28,235 nt of DNA from a virus (Duplodnaviria > Caudoviricetes). Shown here in pieces: positions 1-7,459 of the stretch (position 1 is the first letter of the stretch; each line of letters starts with the position of its first letter). The stretch is from the IMG/VR virus record IMGVR_UViG_3300020365_000100, positions 1 through 28,235 of that record. One strand, given 5' to 3'. The translations under genes were made by a program, and so were the position numbers. The notes under the pieces were generated by a model. It saw only the letters and a program-made list of their open reading frames with translations. It did not search any database and was not told the origin of the DNA.

Positions 1-495
1 ACCTCGGACAGCACTCGCAGACGTAGAAGCTGCCAATATCTTACTGCCATTCTCTAACTCCAAACTACCTTTGTTCCAGGATATAATACCCTGTTGCATC
101 CATTTAGGTAAGTTCTCGTATGCAGTTTGTAACCTTCCAAGAAGTTCCCTAGCAGTCGCTGCTTTGTTTGCCAGAATACCAATGTTCACACTGTCGTTAA
201 AGACAGCATAATGCAAAAGGTAAGATACGACTGTAGTGGATTTACCAGTCTGTCGTGGCATCTTACAGATATTAAATCTGTTGCCATGGAAGTTATTGAT
301 TAACTTCTCCTGAAAATGATATGGGTGAAATTGAGTAAGACCTTCATCCAGTGAAACGATCTTAATATAATTGTTGGCAAAATAAACAGGATCCTCCTTA
401 CATTTGACAAACTCAAGAATTTGCTCTTGAGTAAACTCAATAGGAGTATTTGCTTTTTTTAGATTCGGATTGCCAAGGTATACATTATCAGACAT
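1..495 (-). CDS. gp17: Terminase large subunit gp17, N-terminal 165 aa (runs off the left edge; absent from the ORF track)
   Basis: Manual translation from ATG at 495 gives MSDNVYLGNPNLKKAN...CKEDPVYFANNYIKIVSLDEGL...FQEKLI...ICKMPRQTGKSTT (Walker A)...ILANKAATARELL...WNKGSLELENGSKILAASTSASAVRG, the typical T4-like gp17 ATPase N-terminus. It lies downstream of gp16. Confidence 0.97.
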   Translation of the reverse strand, partial: MSDNVYLGNPNLKKANTPIEFTQEQILEFVKCKEDPVYFANNYIKIVSLDEGLTQFHPYHFQEKLINNFHGNRFNICKMPRQTGKSTTVVSYLLHYAVFNDSVNIGILANKAATARELLGRLQTAYENLPKWMQQGIISWNKGSLELENGSKILAASTSASAVRG

Positions 496-502
496 AAATT
501 AA

Positions 503-1981
503 TCAGCAGTTCCAGGCTCTAAGTGATTTATTGATTCTGCTATCTGGATCGCTAGCAGTTTTCTTACTAGTTAGTTTCTTTTTCATACCCTTCATTCGAG
601 CACAAAATGATGCGCGACGGGGATTTCCAACCTTCTTGCTTGGTGCTTTAAGGTCGCTTCCTGGATTTTCTCTTTCGTAAGACTTTCGTCCTTTTTCGTT
701 AAGTCCGCCTGACTTGGACTTTCCTTCTTTTTTTGTCCATGCTGCTCCTTCTGCATGAAGGAGGGGATTTCCTGGAACATAATCGGCTGCTGAGTAACTT
801 ATTAGTTTTGCGCCAGGATATACTTTATCGATCTGTGATTGAACATCAGATCTGTTTGGCATTTTTGCCATAGGGAAAAACATTTTAATGCCATAATATT
901 TTGCTCTCCACATGAGAGATACCATTAGAATATGACCAGTCTTTGATGGAATTCTAACAGCTTCCGTCATAGACTCAATATCATAAGTTTCATATTCAAC
1001 ATTACTTTCAACGGTCTTGATAGGTTCTGGTTCAATAATATTTTTAACAACTGCAAATGTTTCTCCATATGCATCTGTTAGTTCAAGATCTTCACCCATT
1101 GGTTTTACATAGTTTTTGTTTGGACCTGGTTTGCCACCATTTCCACCTTTTGGTCCATCACAAGCAGACATTCCATGTACTGGACATTCTTGACCCTGAT
1201 GAGTGTGATTGCATCCTTTCTTCTCCTGGATGTTCTCACCATCATGAGTAATTTCATCTCCTGCTTTTACACAGCGATTGTAAGTCTTGCCGAAGAGTTT
1301 TTGTGTCCCTGCTTTTTTGTAACCCTTCCAACATTTCTTACCAGCTTCATCTAATTCGATTAGTTCATCTCTCCAATTAGAAAAACCTTCTTTCTTGGTT
1401 TTGTTTCCCCAATTGGATGCTCCAACTTTACGACATTTGACTAGTGCTCCTGACGCATATGCACTTGGCCAAACTGAATAACGTGACTTGACCTTATGAT
1501 AACAGGCATCCTTTTTGCCTTCGATTACGGTTTCTTCAGTCTTCACGTTAATTGCCTTCCCTTTTCTATCTGGATTTGGATCTTGACGATTCTTACGACG
1601 AAATGCTCTCTCCTCTTCATCTTTAGAAAGATTACGTTTCATTTTTGAAGAACCACATTTTGGTTTTGTGGTTTGTCCTGGTTGTTTGGCACAGGGTTTT
1701 CCTGCATATTTACCACCCAGTTGAACCCAACCAGGCTTGCCATCACTAGACTTACTCTTACTAAACCAGTCACGCAAAGAAGAATCACCACTTTTCGATT
1801 CACTCACCCCTCCATTACCATTACCGTTACCATTGCCATTTCCATTCAATGGTTTGTCAATACCAACTTCTTCTGGTTCTCTACCACCACCAAGAGTTCT
1901 ACTAGTCATTTTAAGACCAGCAGGAATCTTTTTACACTTTTGATCAGTGTAGCAGTAGTAATAACCAGATTTACACTTCAT
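503..1981 (-). CDS. Modular basic protein (492 aa), putative internal head polyprotein; C-terminal module resembles DUF6321
   Basis: Long ORF coupled to its neighbours (TAG-C-ATG with the upstream gene; stop 8 nt before gp17) with its own late promoter core. Lys-rich modules alternate with acidic linkers. The C-terminus AWTKKEGKSKSGGLNEKGRKSY...RRASFCARMKG...DPDSRINKSLRAWNC matches a small-phage-protein family recalled as DUF6321. The function is inferred. Confidence 0.8.
   Translation of the reverse strand: MKCKSGYYYCYTDQKCKKIPAGLKMTSRTLGGGREPEEVGIDKPLNGNGNGNGNGNGGVSESKSGDSSLRDWFSKSKSSDGKPGWVQLGGKYAGKPCAKQPGQTTKPKCGSSKMKRNLSKDEEERAFRRKNRQDPNPDRKGKAINVKTEETVIEGKKDACYHKVKSRYSVWPSAYASGALVKCRKVGASNWGNKTKKEGFSNWRDELIELDEAGKKCWKGYKKAGTQKLFGKTYNRCVKAGDEITHDGENIQEKKGCNHTHQGQECPVHGMSACDGPKGGNGGKPGPNKNYVKPMGEDLELTDAYGETFAVVKNIIEPEPIKTVESNVEYETYDIESMTEAVRIPSKTGHILMVSLMWRAKYYGIKMFFPMAKMPNRSDVQSQIDKVYPGAKLISYSAADYVPGNPLLHAEGAAWTKKEGKSKSGGLNEKGRKSYERENPGSDLKAPSKKVGNPRRASFCARMKGMKKKLTSKKTASDPDSRINKSLRAWNC
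1808..1846 (-). repeat. Asn-Gly low-complexity repeat (NGNGNGNGNGNGG) within the 492-aa protein
   Basis: Degenerate 6-nt repeat (ccatta/ccgtta/ccattg/ccattt on the + strand) encoding residues 46-58. Confidence 0.9.
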
Positions 1982-1982
1982 G

Positions 1983-2345
1983 CTATTGAATACTCTTCTT
2001 ATATTTAGTTAAATATTGTTCTTTAAATTGTCCAAAAGTCTTTCTTACTCTATCACTACTATCCATTGTCTGTACAAATTCACTAGATGCATGAACCATA
2101 TTATTAATATCTGCCATTGATAATTTTTCTACAGGATAAACACCAGATCCCAATTCCCATTTATAGAGACCAGATTCTCCAGGTGTTTGAAAATCCTGAG
2201 ATAATAAATCATCTTGACGTTGTCTAAAGAGCAATTTATTGTTAGATCCAGCAAGAGGGCCAGCAGGATCTGTTGAACCAGTAAGACCACCATTACCAAC
2301 ATGATTTGTTGGTGCTTCTTTTAGAAAACTTTTAAGATCCTTCAT
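1983..2345 (-). CDS. Hypothetical 120-aa protein, putative internal head protein with a capsid-targeting-like leader
   Basis: The ORF overlaps the gp16 stop by 14 nt. Its N-terminus MKDLKSFLKE|APTN resembles the T4 IPII/IPIII leader MKTYQEFIAE. Confidence 0.7.
   Translation of the reverse strand: MKDLKSFLKEAPTNHVGNGGLTGSTDPAGPLAGSNNKLLFRQRQDDLLSQDFQTPGESGLYKWELGSGVYPVEKLSMADINNMVHASSEFVQTMDSSDRVRKTFGQFKEQYLTKYKKSIQ
2002..2008 (-). promoter_or_regulatory. T4-type late promoter core CTAAATA for the 492-aa gene and gp17
   Basis: The + strand reads tatttag, about 20 nt upstream of the ATG at 1981 and inside the 3' end of the 120-aa gene. It resembles the gp55-dependent TATAAATA consensus. Confidence 0.7.
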
Positions 2346-2766
2346 CTTTAGATTGCTGTTTAATGAGTTTTGCTAGGTCAGCAGTTGATCCAACAAATAA
2401 TGCATTGGTTACATTTGTTGGCCCCTTTGCCTGCTTCTCCTCTTCAACCTCTTTAAGTTTCTTTTGCAATTCCATCAACTTATCAGTAGCATCAGCAACG
2501 TTCTTGATCAACTGGCCTGCCACTTCATATGCCCTTGGCATTTCACTTTCCTGAGCAAGTTCAAGAACACCATTTAGTGCTTCTTGTCCTTTTTCTATGA
2601 TTGAATACAAATTACCTCTTGTATAATCATAATCCTTTTTGATATCATCAACGTTTGCTTTTATTTTTTCAATCTTTTCATCAGGAGATTGTACTTCTGG
2701 ATTTATAACTTCTCCAGAAGTATTAAAAGCGTCGTTGAGGTTATCAAAGTTTTTTGTCATATGCAT
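2332..2766 (-). CDS. gp16: Terminase small subunit gp16 (the start may be the ATG at 2760)
   Basis: Motifs DYDYTRGNLYSIIEKGQEAL, ESEMPRAYEVAGQLIK and TNALFVGSTADL; located between gp15 and gp17. Confidence 0.95.
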   Translation of the reverse strand: MHMTKNFDNLNDAFNTSGEVINPEVQSPDEKIEKIKANVDDIKKDYDYTRGNLYSIIEKGQEALNGVLELAQESEMPRAYEVAGQLIKNVADATDKLMELQKKLKEVEEEKQAKGPTNVTNALFVGSTADLAKLIKQQSKDEGS

Positions 2767-2771
2767 GATTA

Positions 2772-3806
2772 TTAGAACGTAGTACCACTAAATCCGAAAT
2801 CGTCACCATCTTCAATTAGAGCACTATCTACACCAATAGTTCCAATACTAGTTGTAGTATCAGTGTAGTCAATTCCTTTAATATCAGACCCTGTTGGATG
2901 TGCAACTGCTGTTGTTCCATCCTCTCCACGTCTTACCGTGATGCTATTGCCAGATACAGACTTAACGTATATCCCTTCTCCATTGATTTCAATGCGTTTT
3001 TTGGCAACAATTTTAGTTCCGTCCACAACATTGAACTTTGTGGTATCTGCCTCTATCTCTTGATCTGTCAAAGTTACAATGTCTCCAGTGTAATCTTTGA
3101 TGGCTCTTGGAAGAGCAGAATAAGAAACTGCTCTCTGTCTTGCAGTTGCAGGTGTACCAGAAAGATAGTTGATAGTAGACTTCTTGATGATATCCTTGCT
3201 TGCAGATGCAGTAGGACCAAACAGATATGTTTTTGCTGTAAATCTTAGAGTGTAAAGAAGAACTCTCCTTGTGGTAAAGTCTCCTTCATAATCATCCTGC
3301 ATAGTAATATTTTCAAGAACAACTGGAATATCTCTTCTTTCTTGAATAGAATCGACTAGTTGTACAGAAATGCTAAATGCAGGTTGAAAGTATGGTAAAA
3401 TTTGCTCTACGATTTGCAGTGCATCATCATTTAATTTTGTCATGATGCTCAGTTCAAATTGCATATTATAAGGAACTGGCATATAAACCTTCTTAGTTTC
3501 AGTCCCATCATTAGGATCCTTTACAACTATCTGTTGAGTTGTTGAAACTTTTCTGGTTGGATCATATGTTAATCCAGTAAACTCAAATGACATTCTTGGT
3601 AAGGTCATTGCAGTTGACTTATTCAAATCTGGAGATTGCTCCAGTCTAGCCAAAAATTTCTGAGTAGGTCCATATGCGAGAGGGACCCTCATCACATCTG
3701 TGATATTGCCAGAAGAATCTTTCTGTTGAATGGAAATACCATTGAACAGAGTACCAAAAGCAATAACAGTCTTCCTCAGAATTTCGTTATAAAAATACTC
3801 AAACAT
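2772..3806 (-). CDS. gp15: Tail sheath stabilizer/terminator gp15 with a C-terminal accessory domain
   Basis: Motifs YFYNEILRKTVIAFGTLFN, VPLAYGPTQKFLARL, TLPRMSFE, PVPYNMQFEL, QIVEQILPYFQP, DDYEGDFTTRR. SD-like AAGGT lies upstream. Confidence 0.96.
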   Translation of the reverse strand: MFEYFYNEILRKTVIAFGTLFNGISIQQKDSSGNITDVMRVPLAYGPTQKFLARLEQSPDLNKSTAMTLPRMSFEFTGLTYDPTRKVSTTQQIVVKDPNDGTETKKVYMPVPYNMQFELSIMTKLNDDALQIVEQILPYFQPAFSISVQLVDSIQERRDIPVVLENITMQDDYEGDFTTRRVLLYTLRFTAKTYLFGPTASASKDIIKKSTINYLSGTPATARQRAVSYSALPRAIKDYTGDIVTLTDQEIEADTTKFNVVDGTKIVAKKRIEINGEGIYVKSVSGNSITVRRGEDGTTAVAHPTGSDIKGIDYTDTTTSIGTIGVDSALIEDGDDFGFSGTTF

Positions 3807-3825
3807 TTTACTTACCTTATGTTAT

Positions 3826-3852
3826 TATTTAAACATAATAATTTCTATTTAT
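3826..3852 (-). promoter_or_regulatory. Tandem late promoter cores upstream of gp15 (ATAAATA at 3846-3852, TTAAATA at 3826-3832)
   Basis: The + strand reads tatttat (overlapping the gp14 stop) and tatttaa in the short AT-rich intergenic gap. Confidence 0.6.
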
Positions 3853-6401
3853 GGAATTCCAAAAGGATTCTGCTCAGAGAAGTCTAAAATGTTATCTGCT
3901 TCAGTTTCTATGTCTGTATTATCTGCAAATCCATCATCATTAATGTTCTGATCAATAGCTCTTATTTCATAACTTGCGCTTGATGCTGATCCAACAATAA
4001 CTTCTCCTGTTGTAAAGTATCCAGAAATATTAGAAACTTCCAAATCAAAAGTTGTTGCATCCCATTTCCTCACTCTTGCAGTAGTTCCACTAACACTTCC
4101 AGTAACTATTTCATTAAATTCAAATGTGCCAGTTCCACCACTAGTAGAAGCTGCTGCCACTGTTATCGTGGGTTCTAGAACATAATTTGCACCAGTGTCT
4201 GTAAGTTCAATACCAGTTATGTTTCCAGCAGCACTTACTATTGCATTACCAGTTGCAGTATGAATACCTGCTACCAGTTCCACATAATTCTTCTCTGATG
4301 GATCATTTGAAATTGTTACACCAGGTGCTGCAAGATAACCTCCACCACCAAATGTAACTGCAATACCTGTCACAATACCGCATTGATCAATACCAAATTC
4401 AAATGCAGTTGTTGCTACTCCAACATTTGTAGCTGCTTCTGACATATAGATGGTTCCATAACCAACAGAAGATACATATGTGCTAGTTGATATGAAATTA
4501 ACTGCAGGGAATATTGTGTGACTTGTTTCATGGTCAAACTGAAGTCTAACTCTATCTCCTGCAATGATACCAGTGGTTGTAATGCCAGTGATATAATTAG
4601 ATCCTATTCCAATTGTTCCTACAGTTTTGACAGAATTAAATCTCATGGTAGCAATACCAAGAGCTCTAAAGTTTTCATCAGCACCACCAGGACCTGCAAT
4701 AGTTACAGTTGGTGCAGTTTGATAACCAAATCCACTATTTCCGATACTAATAGTATTAACTGTACCTGCAACAGAAACTGTGACTGTTGCTGTTGCATTT
4801 ACTGGGGATGGTCCACTAAAAGAAATCGTTGGAGTAACTGTATACCCAGCACCAATCGTTGCTGCTGTTCCTGTTGCCCAAGAATCAGCAACAAATCTAA
4901 CTGCAGTAACAATACCAGAACTATTAATTGTTGCAATACCGACAGCAACTTGAGTTGGAGTTATTGTTCCAATACCAGTGCCGATCGTCACTGTAGGTGC
5001 AGATGAATATGCTCTACCAGTTGTACTGAAAGCAATAGATCCTGGATCAATAGAAGATCCTGCAATTCCTATGGTTGCAGTTGCAACACTGTATCCTGGA
5101 GAAGAAATTGATACAGTTGGAGCACTGGTGTAAAACTTACCTCCTGTTGTAATAGCAAGTGCCTCAACCGTTCCTCCAGTTTGTGATATATCAGATAAAG
5201 TTGCAGTTGCTTCTGCAGCGTTTCCAGTACCTGTTGGGAGATCAAACGTGACTGTAGGTGTAGTTTTATAGAAAACACCACCTGTAGTGCCTCCTGGGAA
5301 GTACAAAGCAGCTGCTCCAACACTAACAGTTGCATCAACAACACTAACTCCACCACCAACAATAGGCATATCTAGAGTTGCAGTAGCTGCAGCACCAACA
5401 TGTTTTGGCGTTGAGAATGTAACTGTTGGATTTGTTGAATAACCTGATCCACCAAAGGTCATAGTAACAATGCCAACCTGACCACTGTTGATAAATGCAG
5501 TTGCTATGGCACCACTACCAGTATTTGAAGTAAAAGTAACTGCTGGTGCTTGTGTATATCCAGATCCTGCATTAGACATCTGTACAGATTGTACAGATTT
5601 AGTACCTGGATTTACATTTTTATTACAAACTTCAATTCCTCCAATCATAATAGCACTTGCTATTCCAGTTACTCCTCCACTTGGAGCAGAAGAAAAACCA
5701 ACTTTTGGTGGGGTTACGTAACCTCCACCTCTATTGCTTATTGCTACGAGTCTTATAGCACCATTAACAAGACCTCCAGGAACTGCAGTTGCTGTAGAAG
5801 CAATACCAACCATGGATAGTGTTTGAGTTCTTCCTAAGAAGAGATCTCCATCAACTCCCTCCACTGCTGCTAATTCATCATCAATTTCAGATACACCAGT
5901 ATCAATAATTTCATTTTCATACCTGAAGAGTTCACATCTCAATTCAAAGGTATAATTTTCTTGTAATTGATAAAATGGCTTATCATGAATTACTTGTTTA
6001 ATTTCAAATAATCTATCACCTAAAGGAAAATATAATAAGTCCCCTTCTTTTGGTCTAGATGAAAGTTTTTCATTTTCTTCTGCTGCCAATAATGGAGCAA
6101 TATATTCTTCGTATCTCTCTTTTGATATTACCAGAGTTACTTCATTTGTATTTTGAATGCCAAATTTTGATAGAAGGACTGAATTATCGTCATATCCCTC
6201 ATAACTTTGAACATATGCTTCAATTGGATAAGATGCATCGAACTTAGATTCGATTACCTCTTTCATTACTGTTTTTTCAGTAATGTATTTTCTTGGCATG
6301 TAATAACATTCAATGCCATATATTTTTAGTTGCTCATTAATTAGATCCTGAACTAAACTCTGTTCAGTTTTAGACCCTTGCTGGAAAAATGGATTTAACA
6401 T
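3849..6401 (-). CDS. gp14: Neck (head completion) protein gp14 with a large repeat insertion (850 aa)
   Basis: N-terminal LNPFFQQG...EQSLVQDLINEQLKIYG.ECYYMPR, SKFGI, RPKEGDLLYFPL...LFEIK...PFYQL and C-terminal DNTDIETEADNILDFSEQNPFG. It follows gp13. Confidence 0.95.
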   Translation of the reverse strand: MLNPFFQQGSKTEQSLVQDLINEQLKIYGIECYYMPRKYITEKTVMKEVIESKFDASYPIEAYVQSYEGYDDNSVLLSKFGIQNTNEVTLVISKERYEEYIAPLLAAEENEKLSSRPKEGDLLYFPLGDRLFEIKQVIHDKPFYQLQENYTFELRCELFRYENEIIDTGVSEIDDELAAVEGVDGDLFLGRTQTLSMVGIASTATAVPGGLVNGAIRLVAISNRGGGYVTPPKVGFSSAPSGGVTGIASAIMIGGIEVCNKNVNPGTKSVQSVQMSNAGSGYTQAPAVTFTSNTGSGAIATAFINSGQVGIVTMTFGGSGYSTNPTVTFSTPKHVGAAATATLDMPIVGGGVSVVDATVSVGAAALYFPGGTTGGVFYKTTPTVTFDLPTGTGNAAEATATLSDISQTGGTVEALAITTGGKFYTSAPTVSISSPGYSVATATIGIAGSSIDPGSIAFSTTGRAYSSAPTVTIGTGIGTITPTQVAVGIATINSSGIVTAVRFVADSWATGTAATIGAGYTVTPTISFSGPSPVNATATVTVSVAGTVNTISIGNSGFGYQTAPTVTIAGPGGADENFRALGIATMRFNSVKTVGTIGIGSNYITGITTTGIIAGDRVRLQFDHETSHTIFPAVNFISTSTYVSSVGYGTIYMSEAATNVGVATTAFEFGIDQCGIVTGIAVTFGGGGYLAAPGVTISNDPSEKNYVELVAGIHTATGNAIVSAAGNITGIELTDTGANYVLEPTITVAAASTSGGTGTFEFNEIVTGSVSGTTARVRKWDATTFDLEVSNISGYFTTGEVIVGSASSASYEIRAIDQNINDDGFADNTDIETEADNILDFSEQNPFGIP

Positions 6402-6402
6402 A

Positions 6403-7251
6403 TCAACCTATCATATCTAAAGGTGGAAGTTCATAAGTATTAGACATCTTCTCTGCTATTACTTCCAAATCTTTTTGAGCATCATCATACATTTGCCTAC
6501 CATTTAGTTCAACTCCACCTGGAAGTTTGACACCAGTAAACTTCATCATATTCAATCCCCACTGCCTCTTGATCAGAGCTGTGAGATATGGTTTGAGGAA
6601 TGAGTCGTTCCAGACTCTTGAATAATCATTTGGATCTAATGCCCTAAAGCAATCTATAACAATATAATCTCCTGCAGATACACCACCCCAATCAATATCT
6701 AGATACAACCTATCCATTCTCTGATTGAAACGAATAGCCTTATCAGTTGTCAGTAAGAAATTAATATCCTCCAAATAAGTTTTAGTCATTGCATAGGTCA
6801 ACATTTCTGTTGTTCCCCAATAGTAAATATCATTCAGGAACATCTGATACTTAACACTAAACATATTGTTTGTTGTAGTGTTAGTTCCATCAAAATGATA
6901 GATTTTTGTTACTCCAATAATATCTGGTGGAACTTGTAAGAAATTTCCACTTTCTTTGTAAGTGAATGATGTAGAAACTCCAGCAATATTTGCAGAAGCT
7001 GATGTGTTTGCTATTCCTGCAGTTGGGGCTTCACCTCCAGGTGCTCTCCCTCTTTCAATATCTTGTTCTGTAAGTTGATACTTTAGGTATACCTGACCAA
7101 CACCATCAAAATGCCTTTCTTGAAAATATTGAATAGCATCATCAACTAGATCATCAATTTGCTCATCGGCAACATTGATCTCCAAAACTGGCGCTCCCAG
7201 TTTTCTTTTACAGTAATCAACTAATTCTTGCCTGCTACTTGGTTGCGCCAT
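6403..7251 (-). CDS. gp13: Neck (head-tail adaptor) protein gp13
   Basis: Motifs PSSRQELVDYCKRKLGAPVLEINVADEQIDDLVDDAIQYFQERHFDG and FLKPYLTALIKRQWG.N..KF.GVKLPGGVELNG. Confidence 0.97.
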   Translation of the reverse strand: MAQPSSRQELVDYCKRKLGAPVLEINVADEQIDDLVDDAIQYFQERHFDGVGQVYLKYQLTEQDIERGRAPGGEAPTAGIANTSASANIAGVSTSFTYKESGNFLQVPPDIIGVTKIYHFDGTNTTTNNMFSVKYQMFLNDIYYWGTTEMLTYAMTKTYLEDINFLLTTDKAIRFNQRMDRLYLDIDWGGVSAGDYIVIDCFRALDPNDYSRVWNDSFLKPYLTALIKRQWGLNMMKFTGVKLPGGVELNGRQMYDDAQKDLEVIAEKMSNTYELPPLDMIG

Positions 7252-7269
7252 TTCTATCGCTTTTTAAAA

Positions 7270-7276
7270 TATTTAG
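7270..7276 (-). promoter_or_regulatory. Late promoter core CTAAATA upstream of gp13
   Basis: The + strand reads tatttag in the 28-nt intergenic gap, 19 nt upstream of the gp13 ATG. Confidence 0.75.
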
Positions 7277-7279
7277 GTG

Positions 7280-7459
7280 TTACTCTTGTGGTAATCCAAT
7301 TACCTCAATAGTTTCTTGTTGTTTGTAATACAACTTACAAAAAGACTTAGCTATGTTTCTTAATTCTTCCTTGTCATTACACTCATCAATTTGTGATGCC
7401 ATTTTCGTATAGGCAAAACTTTTTGCTAAATTTTTAAGTTCAATTTCATTTGGATCCAT
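7280..7459 (-). CDS. 59-aa helical protein, NblA-like candidate (missed by the ORF track)
   Basis: Manual translation: MDPNEIELKNLAKSFAYTKMASQIDECNDKEELRNIAKSFCKLYYKQQETIEVIGLPQE*. It has an SD-like AAGGGG upstream, overlaps the upstream gene by 14 nt and fills the gap before the gp13 promoter. The gene itself is well supported; the NblA call rests only on size and helix pattern. Confidence 0.6.
   Translation of the reverse strand: MDPNEIELKNLAKSFAYTKMASQIDECNDKEELRNIAKSFCKLYYKQQETIEVIGLPQE

Noticed and set aside
230-270. Possible intein or intron at the gp17 Walker A motif, a common insertion site
   Set aside because: PRQTGKSTT is contiguous, and no insertion is present in the visible 165 aa.
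2332-2766. pac site within gene 16, by analogy to T4
   Set aside because: No distinctive repeat or motif could be identified by eye, so it cannot be supported.
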